DNA of 63,945 nucleotides, the filler included, from Craspedostauros australis (lineage: Eukaryota): the NCBI GenBank assembly GCA_030167865.1. It is 17 parts of 17 records of this genome, joined end to end, with 100 filler letters (N's around TTAATTAATTAA, not from the genome) between each part and the next. Parts side by side here need not be neighbours in the genome. Positions count along the whole stretch, not along the records: positions 47,749 to 55,557 come from JALAGF010000838.1; positions 55,658 to 58,266 come from JALAGF010000839.1; positions 58,367 to 60,107 come from JALAGF010000842.1; positions 60,208 to 61,484 come from JALAGF010000843.1; positions 61,585 to 62,814 come from JALAGF010000851.1; positions 62,915 to 63,945 come from JALAGF010000870.1; 11 more parts are not named here. The stretch is one strand, 5' to 3'. Positions 52,718-63,945 of the stretch are shown here, piece by piece; the first letter of the stretch is position 1, and every line of letters begins with the position of its first letter. A program made the translations under genes and the position numbers. The notes under the pieces are model-generated. The model was not told the DNA's origin and searched no databases. It saw only the letters and a list, made by a program, of their open reading frames with translations.

Positions 52718-55557
52718 TGTTGGGGAAGACACCTACATTCCCGGTCTACCTGTGGTTTCGGAACATCCCGACGAAGACCAGACCAGGCAAGGAAAACCAA
52801 CCGAGACCACACAATCGCTGCGCCAAGTCAGCGATAAGATCACAGCAACAGCAAACAACAACAAAGAGAGAGAGAGCAAACAAACACCATAAAAATCAAT
52901 TGTAACTATCTGATTTACCACCCATACAATCACACAGTAACATCGTCTGGAACTGTCCTTCGGCTCAAAGCCGGGTAGAGACCGGCGAGAGCGCTGTTGT
53001 TACAACATAGTTACAATTGATTTTTGCTCTATCAGCAAAGATGAGCACCGAGAGTAAGCCGGCTGTGCCGAGAAAGTCAGCGCCGGACAGCAACAACAAA
53101 ACAAACAAGCCACATCGACCACCGTTCGTGCGTCCAGCCAAGTTCGAAGGAGCATGCTCTGGCCTGAAGGGATTCGTTTTCGACTGTGTAGCGAACCGAT
53201 CCAAGCAGGTCGATGAATTCACTCGCACACTCGATGCAGTCAAGGTGTACGTCGGATCGGAATACGGACCAGCCGTCGCACTCGCCATTGAAAACCTCCA
53301 GCCGCCGTCCATCCCCGAGCCAGCCGACTACCCGAGCAACGCCACCGAGATTCAGAAGGAAAAGTGGAAGCGCAAGTATGCCCTCTACACCACCCGGCTT
53401 GCCAACGCCGAGGTGGACCTCCAAAAGGTGTACGCCCTGATCTGGGGCCAGTGCTCAGAGATCATGCGAAGCCGCCTACAAGAGATGACAGAATACTCTG
53501 CAGCCAACAGCAGCATGGACACAATCACCCTCATCAAGATGATAAAGAGTGTTGTTTTCAATTTCCAAACACACCAACACCACTTGGTCGCCGCACACAT
53601 GATCATGAAGGACCTTCTCACCTTCCAACAAAAGAGAAAACAAACCACACAAGAATACTACGAATCCTTCATCAATCTTGTCGATGTGAACGACACACTC
53701 ATGACCAATGTCACAGAGGTGACCAGCGCAGCCCTTCATGTCCTCAAGGAGCGTAACCTCAAAGACCCAAGCGAGGAAGAGCGAAAGGAGATCAGGAAGG
53801 ATGCCAAGCAGCGCTTCCTTGCCGTTGCTTTCATCCTCGGCGCAGATCGCCACCGGTACGGATCCCTCATCGAAGAACTACAGAACGACTACCTCAAAGG
53901 TGATGATCGATACCCCAAGACCATGGCGGAGGCGTTCACAATGCTGAACCACTGGTCGAAGGATCCAAGGAATCTTCCAAGTCACAACACTCCAAAGGAT
54001 TCAGGCATGGCATTCGTGAACACACACGAAAACGACACCAAGTGTGAGCGATGCGGTCGCAGCAACCACACAACCGACCAGTGTCATGCCAAATACCATG
54101 CAAATGGAACTGTCCTCGTCCATGCGACGACTGTGGGGGATGATGAAGATGAGTTCGTTTTCCTCACCAACCACCACAATCACAACAAGCACAGCCCTAT
54201 TCCCAACACTTGGATTCTGCTGGACAATCAATCCACGGTCGACGTCTTCTCCAACGCACAACTCATCCGCGACATCCATGATGTTGACACCGCCCTGACC
54301 ATCCATTGCAACGCTGGCACCACCACCACCAACAAGAAGGGTACACTCCCTGGATATGGCGCAGTGTGGTACCACCCATCCGGCGTGGCCAACATCCTCT
54401 CACTCAGCCGCGTGAAATCCATGTTCCGCGTCACATATGACAGCAGTGGTACCAACAGCTTTGTGGTACACAAGCCGGATGGATCAACCCGGACCTTCGT
54501 CGAGTCCCAACGCGGACTGTACTACCTGAACATGGCAAGCCCCAGCGAAGTAGCTCTCGTGACTACAGTGGAAGATAACAAAAATAGCTTCTCCACTTAC
54601 GACTACTCGCAGGCCCAACTTGCTAGATCTATTCAGAAGCGCATTGGACATCCAACCACGCGCAACTACATCAAGTACGTGAAGAATGGGATGATACCGA
54701 ACTGTCCCATCACAACCAAGGACATTCGCACTGCCGAGCTCATCTTCGGTCCGGATGTACCATCACTCAAAGGAAAGACAACAAGGCAGGTACCCCCGGC
54801 CGTCCGAGCAAAGATCGCACATTTGCCAGCCAGTATCATGCAGCAATATCGTGACGTCGTGCTCTCTGCGGATATCATGAAGGTGAACGGTATTCCATTT
54901 CTGGTGTCCGTATCCAAACACCTCAAGTTCGGAACCGTCGTCAAGCTCAACTCCGAGTCGAATGCAACGCTCGTGAAGCAGTTCAGGAACATCATCCAGC
55001 TGTACAAGCAACGAGGGTTCAGGGTTGGTATCATGCTGACTGACAACCAGTTCAGCTCGCTCCGTGGTGACATGTCTGAGGTTGGTGTGAGCATCAACGT
55101 GACCTCTCGTGATGAACACGTGCCGGAAGTCGAGCGCTATATTCGAACAATCAAGGAGCGCACTCGATCTACATACCATGCTCTACCATTCAAGGCGTAC
55201 CCACCATCGCTCATCATTGAAATGGTGTATCATTCAGTCTACTGGATGAATATGTTCCCACATCCTGATGGCGTATCAAAGCGCATGAGCCCAGCAGAAA
55301 TTGTGGTCGGGAGAAAGCTCGATTACAACGCGCACTGCAGAATCGAATTCGGCAGCTACGCGCAAACACATGAACAGCACGATAACTCCATGCAACCACG
55401 CACCGTTGGAGCAATCGCTCTGCGACCATCCGGCAACATCCAAGGTGGCTACGTCTTCTACAGCCTGACTACCGGACGCTGCATTCATCGCCGCAGCTGG
55501 ACAGAGATCCCCATGCCACAATCAGTGATAGACCACGTACATGCACTGGCCAAGGCA
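52718..55557 (+). mobile_element. Copia LTR retrotransposon related to element 1 (5' LTR, gag, PR, IN; cut by the scaffold end)
   Basis: Putative LTR TGTTGG...TAACA (52718-52942); leader homologous to element 1; uninterrupted ORF. Confidence 0.93.
53041..55557 (+). CDS. Gag-Pol polyprotein (partial)
   Basis: MSTESKPAVP start homologous to element 1; LIWGQCS, CERCGRSNHTTDQC, WILLDNQSTVDVF, SADIMKVNG, TDNQF, RDEHVPEVERYIRTIKER. Confidence 0.94.
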
Positions 55558-55657
55558 NNNNNNNNNNNNNNNNNNNNNNNNNNNNNNNNNNNNNNNNNNN
55601 NTTAATTAATTAANNNNNNNNNNNNNNNNNNNNNNNNNNNNNNNNNNNNNNNNNNNN

Positions 55658-58266
55658 CGTACGAAGCTTAGCACTTAGGGCATGGTCCCACGAACGGACC
55701 ATGCGTTGGATGTGCAAGGCACCTTCTCAGCGCACAGGTTGACGATGGAAGGTGTTGGTTGAGTGCGTTTTGGCGCGAATTGGCCGATTGTTGTTTTTGT
55801 TGTTTTGTGTTTGCTCAATCGATGTTCGGTTTCGTGGTTCGGATCTGATGTTCGGATTCGAGTCACGAGTTGCCAGTCTTGGTTTCGTGCGCTCACAAAA
55901 TGGATTGATGGTCGACACAAAACCGATTCCGACACTCGCCCTCAATTGGACAAGTGGGAGCCTTACCAGCCCATGAGACTCTTTCGGGCAGATGCAAATT
56001 TGATTTTGCAGAGTGCCTTGGTGAGGATGTCCGCAAGCTGGAGGTCTGTGGCGATGTGCTTCACCTGGATCTCGCCCTGTTTGAGGTGCGAGCGAAACCA
56101 GTGATATTTGACCGCGATGTGTTTGGAGCGGGGAGTCATTCGAGCTGGTTCGGTGGTGGCGAGGGTGATAGCAGCTTGGTTGTCTTCGTGGACGGTAGTA
56201 AGCGTGTCCAGATCGTTCGAGCTGATGGTGAAGCACTGCGTGATCTCGCGGAGGGTCTCTCGAAGCGGAACCAGGACTCTCATGGCAGTGGACATCGCAA
56301 TGTACTCTGACTCCTGAGTGCACACTGCGATTTCCGTCTGGAGCTTGGATTTCCAGATGATGGGCATATTCCCCAACATGACCACGAATCCTGTGCGCGA
56401 CTTGACGCATGTAGGGTCCTGGTCGGACTCGGCATTCCAGAGGCCGGCGAAGTCAGCGTCGACGTAGCAGTCGAGTGCTCGCTTGGTGGATGGCTGGACG
56501 AGGATGCCTTCTTGAAGTGTGCCGAGCAGATAGCGGCCGATGCGTTTGAGAGCTTGCTCGTGTGGTAGCTTTGGGTCATTGCAAAAGCGAGCGCATTGGT
56601 TGATGGCGAAGGCACATTCAGGACGTGTGTTGGTGCCCAGATACATCATCATGCCAAGGACTGAGCGGTAGTTGAACTGTCCTGAGCATGGCGGTGCATC
56701 TGGCTCCTTTCCCAAGGCCTTGTCCGCTGGAGTAGGACGGGAGGTGGCGTTTTCCAAGCCAAGGGCTTCGATCACACGCTGAGTAAGACCAGGTTGCGAC
56801 AGCTTCAACGTGCCTTCGGAGTTGCGCTCGATCTGGATCCCGAGGTAGGCGGAGAGGTCGCCTTCTCTGGTGAGGTCGAATCCTTCAGACTCCAGGGTGT
56901 TGATGAGGGCTGTCACCTGCTCTGGTGAGGTGCCGCAGATGATGGCATCGTCGACGTAGAGGACAAGGACCAGTCCGGGCTTGAGGAACAGGCATGGGTC
57001 CTTCACGGAGACAGTGAAACCGAAGGTGGGCGAGAGGAGCGCCGCACGCAGATGGTCATACCACAGCCGAGGCGCACGTCGGTCTCCATAGAGGCTCTTG
57101 TTGATTTGGAAGATGCGGCCGCGGAGGTCCTTGTTGGCGCTGAAAGGGCCGGGTGGAAGCTCCATGTAGATAGGTTCAGGGAGGGAGGATTGGACGAATG
57201 CATTCTTGAAATCGATTGATTGGGTGTGCAGGTTGAATTCGACGGTGAGAGCGAAGAGGAGCCGGATGGTGCTCCATTCGACAACAGGGGAGAACGTTTG
57301 GTTCTTGTCTCGCCCTGTTTCGAACTGTCGGTCACCACGAACGCACAAGCGTGCCTTCAGCTTCATGATCGACCCGTCCGGATACCGCTTGCGTTTGAAG
57401 ACCCACGTAGAGGGGATGATTTCGTGGGAGCCTGCCGAGGAGCGGGGAACGATGTCGAACGTGCCCTTATCTTGAAGTTGGTCGAGCTCGGTGTAGATGG
57501 CAGCGATCCACCTGGAGCGCTCCTCGGGGTCGTCGCACCGGAGGACATCACGAAGGGTGGGGTTGTCTGCGTCATGGACCCGCACGCCAAGGAGGCGAGG
57601 GTCAAGCTGATGGACCTCCTGGGTGATCGGATGAGTGGAGGCTTCCATAAGGGCACGGAACCGAGGGTCGATGGCCGCGGGGTTGTCCCAATCCAGGCGG
57701 TCGAGGATGGATACTGGAGCATGCAGGCGTGACGGCCGGCCAGTCGAGAGGACCGAGGCCGTGTGGAAGGCCACAGTGTCGACGTGGACGGTGTCGTCGC
57801 CGTACTTGAGAGCGGGCCTGCGGATGCGATGACCGCGCCCCAGGGGAGGGTCGGCACGGGCTGGAGCCTCAGCTGGGGCGGCGTCCTGGGGTCCGACGTC
57901 CTGGGGATCGGCGTTGTTCTCTACCGCAGGTACCACCACCTCGCCCTCAACGCCGACACCAGGAGGGGGGCCAGAGAAAGGAAGAGCGGGCGGGTCGGCG
58001 GGAAAGAAATGCGGGTCGGGCGGCGGAAGCGGGCCATCAATAGCAGCGTCATGGAACTCCAGCACGTGCTCGCGAGAGGTGCGGAAGAGATCGTGCCAGA
58101 GCGGGTCCAGGTCACCGGAGGAGGCATTGGAGACAGTGGAGAACGTCTCGTCGTACACCACATGATACTGCCGGGAGACCCATCCGGTCTGGATGCTGCG
58201 GATGAGGCCAACCGAGGACGAGTGCTCGGGATCGAAGCCAAGGTACTGGCCGAGCCGGGCCCGTGG
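55658..58266 (-). mobile_element. 3' half of a Copia element from another family (RT, RNase H, PPT, 3' LTR)
   Basis: ORF ends at 55963 with STWVFKRKR, KARLCVRGD, SLYG, YVDDA, YVDADFAG, RSKHI..KYHWFR and ADILTKAL. PPT GAGGGCGAG, then an LTR starting TGTCGG at 55934. Confidence 0.94.
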
Positions 58267-59054
58267 NNNNNNNNNNNNNNNNNNNNNNNNNNNNNNNNNN
58301 NNNNNNNNNNTTAATTAATTAANNNNNNNNNNNNNNNNNNNNNNNNNNNNNNNNNNNNNNNNNNNNGCAGCTGACCATATCTGCAGAATGGTCGTTGTTG
58401 GTGGGAGCAACAAATGCACCACCACATCATCTTGTGGAGGTGCATCACGTATGCCATGCACTCCCAGCCCATTCTGGATGCAGCCGCGTGTCGCCATGGA
58501 GTGTGGGAATGCACGAGGAGCGCTTGGAGGGGGTTAAAGGATCGTATGGACGAGATACGGATCCATATCTGAACTGCATCCACATTGAAACTGATTTTTC
58601 GAAAACGATCTGTTTCGGTGTGTGGATGCATTGCTGCATGCAGAGCCAATATCTGTGTCCATGCTTCATGGAGCGGATAGCTGGGAGGTATGCAGAGCGA
58701 ATGGTATGCACAGTTTGCTGAAATACAAGGATGATGATGATGATCATGTGTGCTCATTGGAGGGCAACATTGTGGCATCAACAATTTTTTCCGAATCCAC
58801 CACACAAAACACCGCAAACCACCATGACTTCCAAAATATTTTCTATACTCATTTAACTTCAATATTATGATAAACCGATAGTCATGTGTACGAATGCAAT
58901 GCTTAGTTTTAATTTTAAGCTGTTTGTTGTTGAGATATAGCATGACAAGCCGATATTTGGATGTGTTTTCGGGTGGTCTCTAGACTCGTTTTAGTAGCCT
59001 GGCTGGGCACCCACAAAACTCCACAACTAGTGCTATCGCGGTGATGCACACCCC

Positions 59055-60107
59055 TCACAAAATTTTCGTGCCATCATCATCCAACACAGCCTCACTTTCT
59101 GCATTGGCCTTCATCGTATGCGCATCACACCACATCTGATGGTCCAGTTCCTCCTCCTCTCTCCGCAACTCTTCTTCTCTTCGTTCCTCCTCCGTTGCAT
59201 CTGGCGCATTGTGGGTCGCCACGATTGCAGATGCTGTTGCTGTGCTTGTTGGGTTGGTGTTGGTGTTGGCTTCCACCTTGATGAGAGCGGCCTGCTTCTT
59301 TTCTTTCCGTTGTTTGGCACTGTACGCCGCAAACAGCGACGATTTGACACGCATGGGATTTGCGTTCAGTTGCACGTACCAGTCAGTTTTGGTTCTTGCG
59401 TTGTTCATCAGTTTCTCGTGTGCTTCGTGGTCCGATGGCCTGTTTTTTTTGGGTCCTTCGCGGACGCTTCACAGATGTCCTTCAACTTGTTCGCGATGTA
59501 GTCTGGTAGTTTGGCGTTGGTCCGTGTTGTTTTGCTTGCCCAGCCGGGCACTGCGAGTGGAGGGTGTTCGGTTTCGGCGGTCTGGTCTCGTAGCGCTGTG
59601 GTGTGATCGGATGGTAGATGTTGTTGTCCGTCTTGGAGGGCTTTGCCAATCGCAAACGCCTTGCTCTCTGTTGCTGTGCGCCCCATTTTGCGCGTCTTGT
59701 CCGTTTTCCTGGACGATTCGGACGTGATCGGCAGCTTGTCGGACGTGTGCGAATCGGCAGGGACGACACCCAACTTGTTGATGCTCCAGCCTTCCCATTC
59801 GGTGCTCTTGACCACGACTTCTTCCATGATACCAGATGCAGCCACCAACCGCACCTGGTCATCATCATACTTCACCTCGTGAGTTTGACGTACCTGTTGC
59901 CCATTCGCGCGGAATCGTCTTTTTGGTGCGCCAGGAAGCGTCGTGATGTTGCCTTGGAGGGACGACGCGTTGGCAAGTACCGTGGTCGTCCCTGCGATGC
60001 TGCCGGCTTGGAGCGCGAGGAAAACTTGGAAAGGGGTCTTGATGTCCTTGCCACTTTGCACGTATTTTCGCAGTACACGGGTGATGTACGCGAAGTGGGT
60101 GTCCAGC
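59055..60107 (-). pseudogene. C-terminal part of a putative DNA transposase (Sola-like), frameshifted at an A8 run
   Basis: LDTHFAYITRVLRKYVQSGKDIKTP..VF.AL resembles the D.HF...G.DI motif of Sola-type transposases. A 1-nt shift at 59443-59450 joins the two ORFs (KDPKK-NRPSDHEAHEKLMNN). Confidence 0.4.
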
Positions 60108-60207
60108 NNNNNNNNNNNNNNNNNNNNNNNNNNNNNNNNNNNNNNNNNNNNTTAATTAATTAANNNNNNNNNNNNNNNNNNNNNNNNNNNNNNNNNNNNN
60201 NNNNNNN

Positions 60208-61484
60208 GTCTGCACCTCTTGTCAATCGTATTCATGCATTTCGAGATCATGTTGTTTGTGCCTTATCCCAAACCTGCGCCACTCTCTGTTAGACTTCTCG
60301 TTTTGGATGGAGGTCAGGGTTTGGATGGCGATATNNNNNNNNNNNNNNNNNNNNNNNNNNNNNNNNNNNNNNNNNNNNNNNNNNNNNNNNNNNNNNNNNN
60401 NNNNNNNNNNNNNNNNNNNNNNNNNNNNNNNNNNNNNNNNNNNNNNNNNNNNNNNNNNNNNNNNNNNNNNNNNNNNNNNNNNNNNNNNNNNNNNNNNNNN
60501 NNNNNNNNNNNNNNNNNNNNNNNNNNNNNNNNNNNNNNNNNNNNNNNNNNNNNNNTTGATGACTAGTATCTATTGTGCACAAGTCTAGGTCTTGTGTCAC
60601 CAATAGTCTATCTAGCCTGCCGTCTAGGGCACTCGCTTCCCGATGGTCACTACTCGAAGTATGGGGTGATCCGGCGCAGGTTGATGCGTTCGGTTACTAT
60701 CCCTTTCTGTACTAGGAGTGTGCCATTCGTAAATACGTCCTTGACGGTGTATGGTCCTTCCCATGGCTGGGCCATCTTTGGAAGGATGCCTGGCTTAGTC
60801 ACTAAGACTTTGTCCCCAATTTTGTATTGGTGTGCAATCCTTTGAGAGAGTTTTCTCTTTGATTGGATCGATTGATAGCATCCTGTTTACATTGTGCGAT
60901 GTGAGCCCAGTCGACTTTGAATCGGGCTGGTAGGAGCATGGCTTGTCCAAACACCAATTGTCCAGGGGTTGCTTGGAGTGTGGTGTGGTACATAGTCCTT
61001 ACTGCATAGGCAACTGCTGTCAGGAAGGGCTCCCAAGGTTCTTCACCTTCATATTCCATCGCATATAGTTTGAACGTGCGGAACGCATCGCCCAATACCT
61101 GATGAATTCGCTCTATGATGGCGTTCCCATGTGGGTTGTAGCTACTTGTGATTTTCTTCTTGATTTTGAAGATATCGCACATCGTAGAGAGCAGGAGTTT
61201 GAACTCGCTTCCATTATCGAACCNGCATTGGCTGGTTCGTGGGTAATATGCGAGCCATTGGCTATCAAAGGCCTTTTAGGTTTCATCATTGTTTGGTTTG
61301 CCAATTGCGGCAATTCCGAACCTTCCAGTTGCTGGATCAATCACTGTTATTGCTCTCATCTCGCGCTTCTTTTTAGATGGAGTGGTGATCGTGTATGGCC
61401 CAATGAGGTCGACATTGACTCTTTTTCATGGGTTTACTTCAGCTTGTTTCGCTGGTAAGTGACCATACTTCTTTTGGTTCTTCT
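60208..61484 (-). mobile_element. Degenerate Ty3/Gypsy 3' end (integrase, PPT, 3' LTR)
   Basis: YNPHGNAIIERIHQVL, AVRTMYHTTLQATPGQLVFG, IGDKVL...WEGPYTV (GPY motif) with frameshifts; stop at 60650; PPT GGGAAGCGAG, then TG at 60631. Confidence 0.88.
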
Positions 61485-62396
61485 NNNNNNNNNNNNNNNN
61501 NNNNNNNNNNNNNNNNNNNNNNNNNNNNTTAATTAATTAANNNNNNNNNNNNNNNNNNNNNNNNNNNNNNNNNNNNNNNNNNNNGGAAGAGAGTGAACAA
61601 CAAACTCTCTCTCCGACCGTCACGAAATTGATGTCTCCTCTTGGAAATGGCAACATCGACACCGCGATAATTGCACGTACGGAGACTCAACGCTCCACTA
61701 TGTTACTACTAATAGAGATGTTGCAGATCCAACTATAATGGATGCTGCATATCACATGCTCACAATCCTTTTGAAAGTCTCATTTGGATTCGTTACAGCT
61801 TTAAAGACTAAGAAACACACTCACACACAAACTCACCAACCTACTGCACTACCACGGATTGATCACCCTTCGGCGTACAGTAAGTTCACCTCGTTTTCAT
61901 TATCGTTCTATCAGATTAACAGTCGCACTCGCTCCACACCTGTGTTGATCGAGTGAATATCCACTTCATCTGCTTCCAGCATCCTCAACTCCCTCACGTG
62001 ACGACGTGACACTCTCTGCCCAGTCCACCTGTGCAGACACACTCTTCTGTTCGGACTCCACCGTTCAGCTCCACTCGGCTTCGGCCCTCGCGCGCTCACC
62101 ACACTCCAGACATCACAGTCCAAGTGTGTAAACTCTCTCCCTCCAAACTGCTTCACACGCCAATCATCTCTTGAATCGAAAACAACTCGTCACAGACGAT
62201 TGATCAAGTGTGCTTTCCTGCTCTATTTCTTGAATCGTACAACAACATCGCCCACGGCGATCTACGCGAGAAACCAGAAATATCAAGACAAACAAATACT
62301 CCGCCCACTACAACAAAACAAACACAAAACAAACAATTTCCATCACATCAATCACATCAACTATCACCCATCACCCATCTCCGAACGTTTTTCACC

Positions 62397-62814
62397 ATGG
62401 CTACCAACACCAACGTCACCGACACCAACGAGTACACCATACTCAACCACGTCTTGTCTACCATCGGCATTCAGGCCCATTCTTGGCAACGTCGCGCTCT
62501 CAACGAGGCCGGNNNNNNNNNNNNNNNNNNNNNNNNNNNNNNNNNNNNNNNNNNNNNNNNNNNNNNNNNNNNNNNNNNNNNNNNNNNNNNNNNNNNNNNN
62601 CCCATGAATGTGCTTGTTGTCAACAAGATCCTCGCATTGGTACGCTGGATCAATCTCCAACCCCGATTGACTCCCGATGAATGGATGAGTGTCGACATGT
62701 ACGACATCTCGCACCTATCTGTCATCGGGACCGCGGGTCCTCGGACCCCGGCCAGCTACCATCCCCGAGGAGGTGTCGGCATCATTCCTCCCAGTACCCG
62801 CACTCGCCGTACTG
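62397..62814 (+). CDS. Probable N-terminus of a Copia gag, preceded by an LTR/leader-like region
   Basis: ILNHVLSTIG...RRALNEAG resembles diatom Copia gag starts; C/A-rich leader upstream; cut by gaps. Confidence 0.4.
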
Positions 62815-63945
62815 NNNNNNNNNNNNNNNNNNNNNNNNNNNNNNNNNNNNNNNNNNNNTTAATTAATTAANNNNNNNNNNNNNNNNNNNNNNNNNNNNNN
62901 NNNNNNNNNNNNNNCATACACGTGTGATTCGCATTCCTGCATTGGAGTCATGAACGTCAGGCATGGTTCGCATTCGGCACGTGGCGTTCTCCACCGCGGG
63001 TTACGTGCAGCTCACATTTTTCTGTGTCACAATGATCAAACGTGGGAGTTGCGGTAATGTAGAATATCCCCACGTTCGGCTCCTTACTCTTGGGAGGTGC
63101 GGCAATATGGTGTTTCAGAACACCCGATTCCTGACAAACGATGATCTGCTCTCGCTTCAGTACGTCCGTTTGATTCCCCGAAATTCTCTCTACGACATCA
63201 GAGGCGCTATTTTGACAGGCCAATCAGCGTTCACGGACCAATTGAACAGAAAAGGGGCGCGACCAATCTCAGACGCGCTTCCCAAGAGTGGTTTTTTACG
63301 CGCTACAAGCATGAAATGACGAATTTGGCGATCAAACTGACATCTGATTCCGTTACCTTGTCCGGTGGTCAGCTTAAGCCCTCCAGAGTTGTGTCTCATG
63401 TGTTCGGATCCCCCCGCGGGATTTTGTCAACGCCAGCGTCAATTTGGTTTCGTGCTCTCGTTTTGTGTTCTCTCTGTGTGCCTGCCACTGAAATTGTGGC
63501 GAGGACCACGTGCTAGGCGCAAACCCACGCAAATGTAAAATTGGGGCAATCGTTTGCCACCGCGAAAGGAATATGGCGATGGTGGTCCCCCACCGCGTCT
63601 TTCGTCAACCCACTAGTGGAAGGATCATACCACACCACACTGCACTCCACAACGCATCGAGCAGTACTCGACTGCACATCTTCCCCACCTTGTTGGTAGC
63701 TCTGACTTGACTGCTGCTTCGCACATCGTCGCGACAAAGAGCACAAGCACAAGCACAAACAAGCACAAACAAACACAAAGACATCCAAGAGCGGCCTCTT
63801 CCTCTCACAAAACTTGATCATCTCACAATCCAAACCGACAAGCAACCACAACCAGCTGCACAACAAACAAAAGGTAAGAAGACATGCAGCACTCTCCACC
63901 CCCGACAGTGACTACCGTTGCCATCGCGGCTGAAGCAAGTTGCCA

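Noticed and set aside
19429..62913. Regularly recurring palindrome TTAATTAATTAA, which could suggest a CRISPR-like repeat or piggyBac TTAA sites
   Set aside because: Always embedded in N runs; a synthetic six-frame-stop linker. Gene neighbourhoods across linkers were not interpreted.
62914..63945. Short ORFs and (CACAAG/CAAA) repeats in the last scaffold
   Set aside because: No supportable gene; probably intergenic or 5' UTR of a gene beyond the window.

Overview
Eukaryotic sequence, almost certainly from a diatom or a close ochrophyte. Evidence: a fucoxanthin-chlorophyll a/c (LHC) gene, several ASAF-type bipartite plastid presequences, short GT-AG introns and CoDi-like Copia elements. The window is not one locus. 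Sixteen artificial N-TTAATTAATTAA-N linkers join 17 scaffolds, so adjacency across a linker means nothing. Scaffold 1 (1-19428) is gene-rich: an intact, young Copia element whose gag-pol frame runs through its own 3' LTR, then LHC, a very long DPP8/9-like peptidase, a COPI-associated membrane protein and an MFS transporter. Scaffold 2 holds an ankyrin/coiled-coil/BTB gene with DARPin-like hypervariable repeats and a piggyBac interrupted by a non-LTR retrotransposon (8-bp TSD). The rest is mostly TE material (three more Copia elements, a Gypsy integrase, a Sola-like transposase), G/T-rich satellites with TTAGGG-like motifs next to an ORF of H3-tail-like repeats, and a few host genes. Best leads: (i) a covarying two-hairpin leader where the tRNA primer-binding site should be, in two diverged Copia elements; (ii) the hypervariable ankyrin-BTB protein; (iii) the H3-tail-like repeat ORF; (iv) piggyBac ends at non-TTAA sites; (v) a Copia insertion into a putative plastid-protein gene; (vi) an identical 255-bp element end upstream of two genes. 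All family calls come from motif recognition by eye; no database search was run.
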